Shown here: piece by piece, positions 8,650 to 17,684 of the stretch | Layout: each line of letters begins with the position of its first letter | Position numbering within the stretch: the first letter of the stretch is position 1 | Source of the DNA: an uncultured Bacteroidota bacterium | Lineage (GTDB): Bacteria; Bacteroidota; Bacteroidia; Bacteroidales; WCHB1-69 | NCBI GenBank assembly: GCA_902802755.1 | Contig: CADCNH010000005.1 | Span: 30,634 to 94,633, forward strand | DNA: 64,000 nt | Reading direction: 5' to 3' | The notes under the pieces: generated by a model | Seen by the model: the letters and a program-made list of their open reading frames with translations, nothing else | Told to the model about the DNA's origin: nothing | The model's database searches: none | Translations under genes and position numbers: made by a program

Positions 8650-9777
8650 ATGAAGAGAATTTTGCTTTTCTTATCGCTTTTGTTGTCGCTGCCATCTTTG
8701 TTTGCACAGACCGCTGATGTTAAGACAGTATTGTATTTTCTGCCTTTCTTCGGAGATGAATATGGCATGTATAATGAATACAATATCAAATCGTCGGTTG
8801 ACATTGACAATGAGCCTATCTTCAGTCTGGTCAGCTTCTGGGAAGGTGCCCAGATGGCCTTGGATGAATACGAAAAAAGCTATCACCGCATCAATGTCAT
8901 CGTAAAAGATGTGACATACGACAACGATAAACTGATACGGATTATGGAAGACGAAGAACTGATGAGCCGGGTGGATCTGATTATCGGTCCTTTTTTCGCT
9001 TCTCAGTTCGAAATAGCGGCTAATTATGCCAAAACATACCAAATCCCTATCGTGAATCCGTTTACTTCGAAGCGAGGTATCCTTGAGGAAAATGAATATG
9101 TATATAAAGTTCAGTCGTCAACAGAGACTGTGGCAGAGATGGTGAAAAACCGCTGGGTTGACCATGGAGATGAAACGGAAATCTTTTTTTGGACGGAAAG
9201 AGGTGCGGATATTCCGGCCTTGCAAAGATGTGAAACCTATTTCTCTCAAATGGATATTCCGTATCAGTTTATGTTGGAAGGAGATAAGTATAGTCTGAAA
9301 AGCCGCTTGGGAGACGGTAAACGGCAGTTGGTTATGGCCTTCTTGCCCACAGAAGCTATGGCTATTGCGCGAATGAGAAACCTCGGTATTGAAAACTCAT
9401 TTCCTAACACCACCTTTGTTGTTCCTGAAGAATGGCTGGAAATTGATGCGTTGGAAGTGGATTATCTCAATAAATTGAATGTCCATCTGTTTTCAGATTA
9501 TTTCGTCAATATGGATGATGACAGAACCTTGCTGTTTATCAGCGATTTTATTGAAAAATATAATACTCCGCCCGATTTGAAAAGGTTCTCTTTCCAGGGA
9601 TATGATATTACCAAGTATTTCGTGGAACTGATGTTGCATGATTTCGACGCATCGCAAGTGCAATTTTCACCTATTGCCATGAAGTTCAATTTTGTGAAAA
9701 CAGAAAATGGTGGCTATGAGAATCATGGACTTTTCCTATTACAATTGAAAGATTATAAAATCCAATCAGCAGAATAA
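8650..9777 (+). CDS. exported protein, tentatively type-1 periplasmic-binding-protein-like fold
   Basis: Signal peptide. Overall resemblance to Leu/Ile/Val-binding-like receptor-family proteins of Bacteroidota. This is a weak, pattern-level call. Confidence 0.4.
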   Translation: MKRILLFLSLLLSLPSLFAQTADVKTVLYFLPFFGDEYGMYNEYNIKSSVDIDNEPIFSLVSFWEGAQMALDEYEKSYHRINVIVKDVTYDNDKLIRIMEDEELMSRVDLIIGPFFASQFEIAANYAKTYQIPIVNPFTSKRGILEENEYVYKVQSSTETVAEMVKNRWVDHGDETEIFFWTERGADIPALQRCETYFSQMDIPYQFMLEGDKYSLKSRLGDGKRQLVMAFLPTEAMAIARMRNLGIENSFPNTTFVVPEEWLEIDALEVDYLNKLNVHLFSDYFVNMDDDRTLLFISDFIEKYNTPPDLKRFSFQGYDITKYFVELMLHDFDASQVQFSPIAMKFNFVKTENGGYENHGLFLLQLKDYKIQSAE

Positions 9778-9788
9778 TATTATTTGAA

Positions 9789-11111
9789 ATGAAAAGATTT
9801 TTTTCTTTGATACTTTTAGTGCTGTTTTGCATGACAGCAATTTCGGCTCAAGATACTGTGAAAAAATATTGGGCCAATAAAAGACTGATGTCGGTCGGTC
9901 TTCAACAAAATGGACTGGAAACAGGCCTATGGGTGTATTATCATAAAAATGGGGTGAAATGGATGGAAGGCCGGTATGAAAAAGGCCAGAAAGTGGGTAC
10001 TTGGACCGAATGGTTCAACGATGGTAAGAGAAGTCGCGAATTCGAGGCTGTAAAAGGCCCTTATAAAAGCTGGTACCCCTCCGGCAAAATCGAATCGGAA
10101 GGCCAAATGGAAAATGGACAGAGAACGGGTGAATGGACATTCCTTTACCCTAACGGGAATTTGTTTAAAAAGGCTAACTACTTGAACGATAGTGTTCAAG
10201 GTAATGTGACTGAATACCATGACAATGGGGTGAAAAAGTTTGAAGGACATTATGATAATGGCAGATTGAACGGTTATACCCAATGGTGGACTTCGGCCGG
10301 TCAAAAAGATATGGAAGGCAATACCGTCAATGATTTGCAGGAAGGCGAATGGAAATTTTATCATCAGGATGGCTCTTTGGGAAGTGTTGGCTCTTTTGTG
10401 AAAGGTATGCAGGAGGGTGAATGGAAGTACTATTTTGAAAATGGAATGCTTTGGAAAATAGTTAATTACAAAAATGACAAAAGACAGGGAGAGTCAAAAG
10501 CATGGTATGAGAGTGGACAGTTACAACGACAGGGCAATTTTGCGGATGATAAGGAAGACGGGGTTTGGAAATCGTTTTATGCCAATGGAAAACTACAGGA
10601 TTTGGGCTCTTTTGACAAAGGTCTTATGACTGGTGTATGGGAAGGATTTTATGAAACAGGTGTTAAAAAATATCATATCGCATATCAGCAAAATGAAAGA
10701 AACGGGGTTTATAAGTATTGGAATGAGAATGGAAAGATAAAAACAGAAGGTTCCTATACCCATAACCTGAAACATGGAGTCTGGAAAGAGTATGCGGATA
10801 ATGGAAAACTCTTGGAAAGTGGACAGTATCGTCAGGATAAGAAAGAAGGAAAATGGACTTATTACGACGAACATGCTAATAAAATCCGTGAGCAGAATTT
10901 TGTGGATGACGCGCCTGACGGCAAATTCACAGAGTTCTATCCCAATGGGAAAAAGCATTTTACCGGTAATTTCAAAAACCGAATGAAACAAGGTGCTTGG
11001 ATCTGCTGGGATCCTGACGGGAAGGTGGTTTATAAAGTGGTCTTCAACAAGGGTAGAAAAGTAAAGGTGGTGAATGATATGATGGACCCCAAAATGAATA
11101 AGCCTTTCTAA
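9789..11111 (+). CDS. MORN-variant (YwqK-like) repeat protein, exported
   Basis: About 16 tandem copies of the G.W..(Y/W)(Y/H).NG.....G.(Y/F)..G...G repeat; signal peptide. Confidence 0.75.
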   Translation: MKRFFSLILLVLFCMTAISAQDTVKKYWANKRLMSVGLQQNGLETGLWVYYHKNGVKWMEGRYEKGQKVGTWTEWFNDGKRSREFEAVKGPYKSWYPSGKIESEGQMENGQRTGEWTFLYPNGNLFKKANYLNDSVQGNVTEYHDNGVKKFEGHYDNGRLNGYTQWWTSAGQKDMEGNTVNDLQEGEWKFYHQDGSLGSVGSFVKGMQEGEWKYYFENGMLWKIVNYKNDKRQGESKAWYESGQLQRQGNFADDKEDGVWKSFYANGKLQDLGSFDKGLMTGVWEGFYETGVKKYHIAYQQNERNGVYKYWNENGKIKTEGSYTHNLKHGVWKEYADNGKLLESGQYRQDKKEGKWTYYDEHANKIREQNFVDDAPDGKFTEFYPNGKKHFTGNFKNRMKQGAWICWDPDGKVVYKVVFNKGRKVKVVNDMMDPKMNKPF

Positions 11112-11176
11112 TACCAATGAAGAAAAAAATCAGCTTGAGCGAACTTGTAACAAGCCGTCACCATAAAATCAACGAA

Positions 11177-11809
11177 ATGACGATTAAAACATTTCATTTC
11201 AATCCGATACAAGTTAATACCTTTGTTTTGCACGATGAGACAAAACAGGCCATAATCATCGATCCAGGCAATTATGAGAGTTGGGAGGATGAACAGTTGA
11301 AGGAGTATATCGAGCAGAAGCAATTGTCGGTTCAGTTTGTGGTGAATACCCACCCACATGTGGACCATGTGTGCGGTAATAAATGGTGCGTGGAACACCT
11401 GCACTGTCCTGTGTATATGCACGAGAAAGCTGTGAAAATCTACAATCAGGCTGCAGGTTATGGTTATGTGATGGGTATGGATGTCGAATCCTGTCCAGAA
11501 CCTTCCAAACTGCTGAAAGATGGTGATATCTTGTCATTTGGACAGCAGCAACTGCGAGTTCTTTATACGCCTGGACATGCGGAGGGCAGTATTTGCCTAT
11601 ATGATGCCGCTAACAAGGCCGTTTTTGTGGGTGATGTGTTATTTTATGGCAGTGTTGGCCGTACTGATTTGCCAACAGGCTCAGCAGCACTTTTAGTACA
11701 AAGCATAAAGGAAAAACTGTGGGTGCTCCCCGATGAGACCACAGTATTTTGCGGACATGCAATAAATACAACTATCGGACACGAAAAATCTTATAACAGC
11801 TTTTTATAA
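11177..11809 (+). CDS. MBL-fold metallo-hydrolase (glyoxalase II-like)
   Basis: [12 protein letters not shown] (HxHxDH) motif. I prefer the MTIKTFHF start at 11177 over the listed 11117. Confidence 0.75.
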   Translation: MTIKTFHFNPIQVNTFVLHDETKQAIIIDPGNYESWEDEQLKEYIEQKQLSVQFVVNTHPHVDHVCGNKWCVEHLHCPVYMHEKAVKIYNQAAGYGYVMGMDVESCPEPSKLLKDGDILSFGQQQLRVLYTPGHAEGSICLYDAANKAVFVGDVLFYGSVGRTDLPTGSAALLVQSIKEKLWVLPDETTVFCGHAINTTIGHEKSYNSFL

Positions 11810-11823
11810 AACTAAAACTAATC

Positions 11824-12441
11824 ATGGAAAAATATATTCCTGAAGGTTACGTCAGACATGACATTTACAATGAATCCAATATCAACAAGTTGGCCGAGAG
11901 TTTCCGGCAAGTGCTTACCGCGGTAGGGGAGGACCCGAATCGTGAGGGACTGCTTAAAACCCCAGTGCGTGCCGCCAAATCCATGCTTTTCCTTACCCAT
12001 GGCTACGAGCAAAATCCCAGGGAAATTCTCACCAGTGCCTTGTTCAAAGAGGATTACCGCCAGATTGTGGTGGTCAAAGATATAGAAATCTATTCCATGT
12101 GTGAACATCATCTGTTGCCTTTCTTTGGCAAAGCACATGTGGGCTATATTCCCAATGGCACAATTGTGGGACTGAGCAAAATACCCCGCGTGGTGGAGGC
12201 TTTTGCCCGTCGTTTGCAGTTGCAGGAACGTTTGACAACACAAATCAAGGACTGCATCCAGGAAGTCTTAAATCCTCTTGGAGTCGCTGTTGTAATTGAA
12301 GCACAGCACCTTTGCATGTCGATGCGCGGCATACAAAAGCAGAATTCTGTGACGACTACCTCGGAATTTACAGGCGCTTTCCTGAAAAACTCCAATACCC
12401 GTCAGGAATTTATGCATTTGATAGGTGCGGATTTGCACTGA
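11824..12441 (+). CDS. folE: GTP cyclohydrolase I
   Basis: MCEHHLLPF and [13 protein letters not shown] active-site motifs. Confidence 0.9.
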   Translation: MEKYIPEGYVRHDIYNESNINKLAESFRQVLTAVGEDPNREGLLKTPVRAAKSMLFLTHGYEQNPREILTSALFKEDYRQIVVVKDIEIYSMCEHHLLPFFGKAHVGYIPNGTIVGLSKIPRVVEAFARRLQLQERLTTQIKDCIQEVLNPLGVAVVIEAQHLCMSMRGIQKQNSVTTTSEFTGAFLKNSNTRQEFMHLIGADLH

Positions 12442-12445
12442 TTCT

Positions 12446-12634
12446 TTATTTCTTCAGTCTCTTGGGCCTGTTAACAAAGTAAGGGGGCCTTCTTTCGGCA
12501 GCCATAGGGTAGGCCACAATCTCCTCTTCATCTGTATTGCGGAGAGTGCAGTTGATGACTTTGCCAACCCATTCAGATGGCAGGCAGATGGTAATGGTGT
12601 CTGTTTTCGGAACTAATGTCAATCTTTTCATCAT
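12446..12634 (-). CDS. hypothetical 62-aa protein (uncertain)
   Basis: ORF convergent on folE with a basic C-terminus. No family recognised and no clear promoter box. Confidence 0.25.
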   Translation of the reverse strand: MMKRLTLVPKTDTITICLPSEWVGKVINCTLRNTDEEEIVAYPMAAERRPPYFVNRPKRLKK

Positions 12635-12929
12635 TCATTTTTTTAATGGTTGTTGTATTTTGTATATTCTTTTTTTTCAAAATGAGGGCATAATCGCAAA
12701 AAATGATGTCAAAAATGAGTAGAAAATATCATTCTTGAAAATTTTAAATATCTTGATTTAATTTGTTAATAATCAAATTGTTATCTTTGCAAATATACAA
12801 AAAATCAGCAAAAAAACAGGTAATCCTCAAAAACTTAAAAAATTTAATTTATTAATCTGATAATCAGTATGTTAAAATTTAATTGATAAAAAATTGCAGG
12901 GAAGTGTTTGTTGGCATTGAATAAAGTTG

Positions 12930-12937
12930 TATTTTTG
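12930..12937 (+). promoter_or_regulatory. -7 box TATTTTTG for tRNA-Lys
   Basis: Lies 18 nt upstream of the tRNA 5' end. Confidence 0.55.
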
Positions 12938-12955
12938 CAGTCCCAAAAAACGGAT

Positions 12956-13028
12956 GTTTCAGTAGCTCAGCAGGTAGAGCACATCCCTTTTAAGGATGGG
13001 GTCCTGGGTTCGAATCCCAGCTGGAACA
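12956..13028 (+). tRNA. tRNA-Lys (anticodon TTT)
   Basis: Folded by hand: acceptor GTTTCAG/CTGGAAC, anticodon stem CATCC/GGATG with loop CTTTTAA, T-arm CTGGG-TTCGAAT-CCCAG. 73 nt, no encoded CCA. Confidence 0.9.
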
Positions 13029-13032
13029 CGGA

Positions 13033-13062
13033 GAGCCTAACATTGTTAGGCTCTTTTTTTTT
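13033..13062 (+). terminator. rho-independent terminator after tRNA-Lys
   Basis: GAGCCTAAC-att-GTTAGGCTC followed by T9. Confidence 0.8.
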
Positions 13063-13155
13063 GCCTATGCTGGAAACATGGCCATAATTCCCCAATTTTC
13101 CAATTCCCCAATTAACTAATTTGCTAATTTTTTTTGTTTTTTCGGATAAACTCCG

Positions 13156-13179
13156 AGAGACGGGGCATGCCCTGTCTTT
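13156..13179. repeat. intergenic palindrome AGAGACGGGGCA|TGCCCTGTCTTT
   Basis: 12-bp self-complementary arms (two G-U pairs). It is followed by an ATGCGTCT half-copy, the same architecture as at 8506-8560. Confidence 0.5.
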
Positions 13180-13205
13180 ACAAAAATTTATGCGTCTATG
13201 TATAA

Positions 13206-13230
13206 TTCGGGAATTTTATGTACATTTGCA
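13206..13230 (+). promoter_or_regulatory. promoter module TTCGGGAA-N7-TACATTTGCA
   Basis: The -7 box lies 25 nt upstream of the ATG at 13253. Confidence 0.6.
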
Positions 13231-13252
13231 CTCTACAAAAAAACAACAAATT

Positions 13253-13672
13253 ATGGATTTTGTCGATATTTTGATTACCCTTGTCATCTTTGCGATTTTT
13301 ATTGGAAGTGAGGTGCTGAAGATAAAAAAGAAGGTGGCGTCAACGGCCTCTCAAAAGCTACATAATGAAGTGGATTTGGAGGAAGACTATGAGTCTCCCG
13401 ATAGGGATTATTTCAAGGAAAGAGAAAAGTGGAAAAATGAAAAATTTGATTCAAATTCTTCTAAATCCACTTCATATTTCACTTACGAGGATGTTTCCAG
13501 TAGCGAGGAGGTGATTCCACCATCAATGAAGTCAGAACCTTCTTCTTCCGCTAAAATCAATGTACAAGAAGTTGAAAATGAAACAGAAACGTTAAATATT
13601 AATTTGCAAGATCCTGAAGAAGTAAAGAAGGCCATCATCTATGGTGAAATATTAAAAAACCCTTATAATTAG
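13253..13672 (+). CDS. single-pass membrane protein with acidic/Ser-rich tail (unknown function)
   Basis: I prefer the start MDFVDILITLVIFAIFIGSEV at 13253. The listed start at 13121 would run through the hairpin and the promoter. Confidence 0.5.
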   Translation: MDFVDILITLVIFAIFIGSEVLKIKKKVASTASQKLHNEVDLEEDYESPDRDYFKEREKWKNEKFDSNSSKSTSYFTYEDVSSSEEVIPPSMKSEPSSSAKINVQEVENETETLNINLQDPEEVKKAIIYGEILKNPYN

Positions 13673-13779
13673 CAAATTACATTTTTTTTAAATAGAAGTA
13701 TGGTAAGGAACGAAAATTTTTCGTAACTTTACCGCCTAAAAATATACTGCAAAATAATGTTTAATATAAAATAATAGCT

Positions 13780-16700
13780 ATGATGAAAAAATTACTCTTT
13801 ACACTTGGAGTGATCATCCTTTTTTCCAGCTTTGCTTATTCCCAATCGGGAACGATTAAGGGAGTAATCACGGATCAGACAGGAGAGCCGTTGGCGTACA
13901 CCCACGTCTATCTTAAGGTGGACGACAAGGTTGTCAACTATAACATGTCTAACGAAAAAGGAGAGTATCAGTTGTTTGGTATCCAGCCAGGCACATACGA
14001 CATTGAGGCAAATGCTGAAATGACGTGTAAGAAAACCATGAAAAAGACAGGTCTGGTGGTAAAAACTGGACAGGTTCAGTTCGTGGATTTCAAAATTAAC
14101 TGCGCCACAGACTTGGATGTTGTGGAAGTTGTATGGGAACCACCTGTGTTCGATGCCGATAACACCTCCTCCACCACACGTTTGAGTGGTGACGCTGTTC
14201 GTAAAACCCCTGGTCGTTCAATTACAGCAGCATTGTCCAACTTGGAAGGTGTATCCAGTGTGGATGGTAGTATGACCTCTGTGCGTGGTAACCGTTCCGA
14301 TGGTCAGCAGATGATTGTTGATGGTGTGAGAATGAGAGGTAACGCCAGTGTGGCTATGAGCACTGTGGAAGAAGCCCAGCTGATCCAGGGTGGTATCCCC
14401 GCTGAATTGGGTGACGGTACGAGCTTTACCGTGATTACCACGAAACCCGCTTCAAAGGATTTCCATGGATCAGTTGAGTTGCGTGGTTCTTTGGAAGGTT
14501 ATAATAATTTCTTGGCTGCTGCCTCTTTGACAGGTCCTATCTTGAAGGGTAAGAAAAGAGATGACCCCGCCCGTATCGGTTTCTTAATCAGCGGTGAGGT
14601 TGAATATGTCAAGGACGGTTTTCCCGCAGGTAAGGGTAGTTGGAAAAAACCCGGTACTTGGCGTGCTACCCCTGAGACTATCCTTGGCATCACAGAGGCT
14701 CCTATCCGTTACCCCCAGACAGATGCTAATGGTAATTCTGTTTTCGGTGTGACTAAATTGGAAGCTGAATACCTCGGCCCCGACGCTTTTGTGAAACAAA
14801 GAGTTCGTGACCATGCCGGTTATTGGAACTATCTGGCACAGGGTAAAATCGAATTTCTCTTCGGTAGAACCAATAACATCCGTCTCTCTTTCAACGGATC
14901 GTATGAATACAACAAAGGTAGAAGCTGGGGAACTTCAAGAGCTCTGTTTAATGCTCAGAATAACCCGGAATCAATCTCTAACACAACCCGTGTCAGCGCA
15001 CGTTTGAATCATAGAGTCTTCACGGATACAACAGGAACAGGTATCCTGAAAAACGTGATGTATGATATCAACTTCAACTTTACCCGTTATAACTCTACTT
15101 CACAAGATGCTTTCCACAAGGGTAATTTGTTCAACTATGGCTATATCGGACGATATAAATCTCACTTCGCAGAGAAATATGCTGATGTGGAAAGTTCTTA
15201 TTTAGATCCGCAAACAGGTATTACATATTATGGTAATATATATAGAATGAATAACCGTCTGGATACTTTGCTTACCTTTGAATCAGGCAATGTGAACCCA
15301 GGTCTTATTTTCTATACCCAAAACTTCTACGATCAGTTCTCACCAGCTTATATTGCTTCCAATTATGGTGCTGATCAACCCTATGATGACGACTTGTATG
15401 TAATGTTCGGCGCATTGTTGAATGGTCAAGGTCCCAATTCACCCTATAGTTTGTATGGTTCACCGAATATTCCTTATTCTAGTTACGGCAAGTCTCAACA
15501 GGATGTGTTCGGTCTTAAGGCAAGCATCTCTATGAACTTAACCAACCATGAGTTGAAACTTGGTTTCGAATTCGAAAAAATCATTTCACGTAGCTACTCT
15601 GTTTCTCCTTTCGGAATTTGGACTTTGATGAGAAACAAAGCCAATCAGCATAACGACGAAATCGACATTACTCATCCTGTGTATCTGGATGCTATGATGC
15701 CTTCTTGGTATAATAATGAACAAAGACAGAACTTCATTAATGAGCATAGTATCGATTTCAATGGTTATGATGGTGACATCTATATTTGGTTTGACCGTGC
15801 TCTCGGTGATGTGGCCGATGGTGGTTTTGCCCAGAATATCCGTAACCAACTGGGTATGAATTTGAGAGAATGGGTTGATGTGGATGACATTACACCTGCT
15901 CAATACAATGAAATGGGTGGTCTGGCCCTGTTCTCTACCGAAGAATTGGTCGTTGGTACAGGTCATGGTGGTATTGTTTCTTACATGGGTTTCGATGGTC
16001 TTGGAAAGAAATACAGAGGCAGTGCTTCCATCAGAGATTTCTTCACCAAGAAGGATGGTAAGAGAACTTATGAAATCGGTGCATACCAGCCTACTTATAT
16101 GGCATTCTATCTGCAAGATAAATTCTCTATCAACAGCTTGCTCTTTAGCGTGGGTGTCCGTGTTGACTATTTCGATGCTAACCAGGATGTGTTGAAGGAT
16201 CCTTACCTCTTCCGCGACGCATATACTGTGAAAGAACTGAGAGCATTGAACTTTGGCAGAGAAACTCTTCTGGAAGGTGCTAATGACAATTGGTATGTAT
16301 ATGTAAACCAAAGAAGTTATTACAACGCCAATCTGAGTCCTGAGAACTTCGACGTGTCTGTAATTGGTTATCGTGATGGTGATAATTGGTATGACAAATA
16401 TGGTGACTTGGTTACCAACCCGGAAACTGATTTGTCATTGAATACCGCTGGTCCTATCTTGAAGAATAAATTGGATGAAACAGATGTAACCAAGGTTGAA
16501 GCTGACGCTTTCGGCAACTATGCTCCCAACTGGTCAGTAATGCCTCGTATCTCCTTCTCCTTCCCTGTATCAGACAACTCTTTGTTCTATGCTCATTATA
16601 ATATCGTGACTTCACGTCCTACTAACTTGAGCATTAATCCTATCACTTATATGTTTATTGAAGATTATGCTACCAGCATTATCAATAACCCTGCATTGAA

Positions 16701-17643
16701 ACCCCAGAGAAGTGTTGATTATGAAATCGGTTTCCGTCAGAAAATCGGTGAGAAGTCAGCTATCAGTATTGCGGCTTATTATTCAGAGAAACGTGACATG
16801 ATCCAGTCATACCGTTTCACGGGTGCATATCCAAGTACTTATTATTCATATAAGAATATGGACTTCGGTACTGTTCAGGGCTTTACTTTGAGCTATGAAT
16901 TGAGACGACTCAAAAATATTTCTTTCCGTGCCAACTATACCTTGCAGTTTGCAAAAGGTACAGGTTCATCTGCTAGTTCAAACGCTGCCATCATAGCTTC
17001 CGGTCAGCCGAACTTGAGAACTTTGGTGAATTTGTCATTTGACCAGCGTCATAGATTGGGTGCTACTATTGACTATCGTTTCGACCACGGTACAGAATAT
17101 AATGGACCTGTTACCAGAAAGCAGAAAAAAGGTACCAATACCGTTAAGGAAATCAGATGGTTCCAGGATGCTGGTATTACCCTTCTGTTCTCTGCCGCTT
17201 CAGGTATGCCCTACAGCCGTTCAAGTACTCCTAACTCAACTTTCGTATCTGGTACAACCTCACGTTTGCAAGGTACCATCCATGGTTCACATAGACCTTG
17301 GATTTTCCAGTGCGACTTGCGTATCGACAAGACTTTCATATTTAATTTGTATGGCAAGAACGCAAAGGATAAAGATGGTAATCCTAAGGGTGTGAAACCT
17401 GGTTCTCTGACTGTTTACCTGGATATCCAAAACTTGTTCAATTTCAAGAATATTCTCTATGTATATGACTACACCGGAAATCCGGATGATGATGGTTTCT
17501 TGTCAGCAACAGAATACAGAGCAATTGTTCAGTCTCAAACTGACCGTAGCGCATTCATCAACTATTATAATATGATTATGCAGGATCCTTACAACTATAG
17601 CCAACCAACACGTGTGAGCTTGGGTGTTCAGTTCGGATTCTAA
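13780..17643 (+). CDS. oversized TonB-dependent receptor-like outer-membrane barrel (CarboxypepD_reg-like N-domain + plug + barrel), 1,287 aa
   Basis: Signal peptide. GTIKGVITDQTGEPLAYTHVYLK is a carboxypeptidase-regulatory-like domain. The plug segment is LSGDAVRKTPGRSI...VRGNRSDGQQMIVDGVRM. The terminal ...SLGVQFGF ends in the aromatic residue typical of OMPs. Confidence 0.8.
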   Translation: MMKKLLFTLGVIILFSSFAYSQSGTIKGVITDQTGEPLAYTHVYLKVDDKVVNYNMSNEKGEYQLFGIQPGTYDIEANAEMTCKKTMKKTGLVVKTGQVQFVDFKINCATDLDVVEVVWEPPVFDADNTSSTTRLSGDAVRKTPGRSITAALSNLEGVSSVDGSMTSVRGNRSDGQQMIVDGVRMRGNASVAMSTVEEAQLIQGGIPAELGDGTSFTVITTKPASKDFHGSVELRGSLEGYNNFLAAASLTGPILKGKKRDDPARIGFLISGEVEYVKDGFPAGKGSWKKPGTWRATPETILGITEAPIRYPQTDANGNSVFGVTKLEAEYLGPDAFVKQRVRDHAGYWNYLAQGKIEFLFGRTNNIRLSFNGSYEYNKGRSWGTSRALFNAQNNPESISNTTRVSARLNHRVFTDTTGTGILKNVMYDINFNFTRYNSTSQDAFHKGNLFNYGYIGRYKSHFAEKYADVESSYLDPQTGITYYGNIYRMNNRLDTLLTFESGNVNPGLIFYTQNFYDQFSPAYIASNYGADQPYDDDLYVMFGALLNGQGPNSPYSLYGSPNIPYSSYGKSQQDVFGLKASISMNLTNHELKLGFEFEKIISRSYSVSPFGIWTLMRNKANQHNDEIDITHPVYLDAMMPSWYNNEQRQNFINEHSIDFNGYDGDIYIWFDRALGDVADGGFAQNIRNQLGMNLREWVDVDDITPAQYNEMGGLALFSTEELVVGTGHGGIVSYMGFDGLGKKYRGSASIRDFFTKKDGKRTYEIGAYQPTYMAFYLQDKFSINSLLFSVGVRVDYFDANQDVLKDPYLFRDAYTVKELRALNFGRETLLEGANDNWYVYVNQRSYYNANLSPENFDVSVIGYRDGDNWYDKYGDLVTNPETDLSLNTAGPILKNKLDETDVTKVEADAFGNYAPNWSVMPRISFSFPVSDNSLFYAHYNIVTSRPTNLSINPITYMFIEDYATSIINNPALKPQRSVDYEIGFRQKIGEKSAISIAAYYSEKRDMIQSYRFTGAYPSTYYSYKNMDFGTVQGFTLSYELRRLKNISFRANYTLQFAKGTGSSASSNAAIIASGQPNLRTLVNLSFDQRHRLGATIDYRFDHGTEYNGPVTRKQKKGTNTVKEIRWFQDAGITLLFSAASGMPYSRSSTPNSTFVSGTTSRLQGTIHGSHRPWIFQCDLRIDKTFIFNLYGKNAKDKDGNPKGVKPGSLTVYLDIQNLFNFKNILYVYDYTGNPDDDGFLSATEYRAIVQSQTDRSAFINYYNMIMQDPYNYSQPTRVSLGVQFGF

Positions 17644-17684
17644 TCTTTAATCCAACAGTTTGATAATAATAAAAATAAATAATC

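Noticed and set aside
12635-12955. Possible small RNA in the 320-nt AT-rich gap (TAtcTTTG box at about 12784)
   Set aside because: No stable secondary structure or terminator lies between the box and the tRNA-Lys promoter. The evidence is insufficient.
13121-13252. Listed start of ORF 13121..13672
   Set aside because: The first 44 codons cover the palindromic repeat and the TTCGGGAA/-7 promoter module. The Met at 13253 begins directly with the TM helix.
13673-13779. Riboswitch (for example cobalamin) upstream of the TonB-dependent receptor
   Set aside because: The leader is only 107 nt, AT-rich, and contains just a short ACGAAAA-T-TTTTCGT palindrome. No riboswitch-like conserved core is recognisable.
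15586-16311. 241-aa antisense ORF inside the TonB-dependent receptor gene. Similar shadow ORFs include 10593..11117, 17712..18218, 25341..25854, 28135..28653, 29591..30154, 50629..51156.
   Set aside because: They lie entirely within, and antisense to, genes with strong family signatures. Their composition is low-complexity or His/Cys-rich, typical of shadow frames. They have no promoter boxes.
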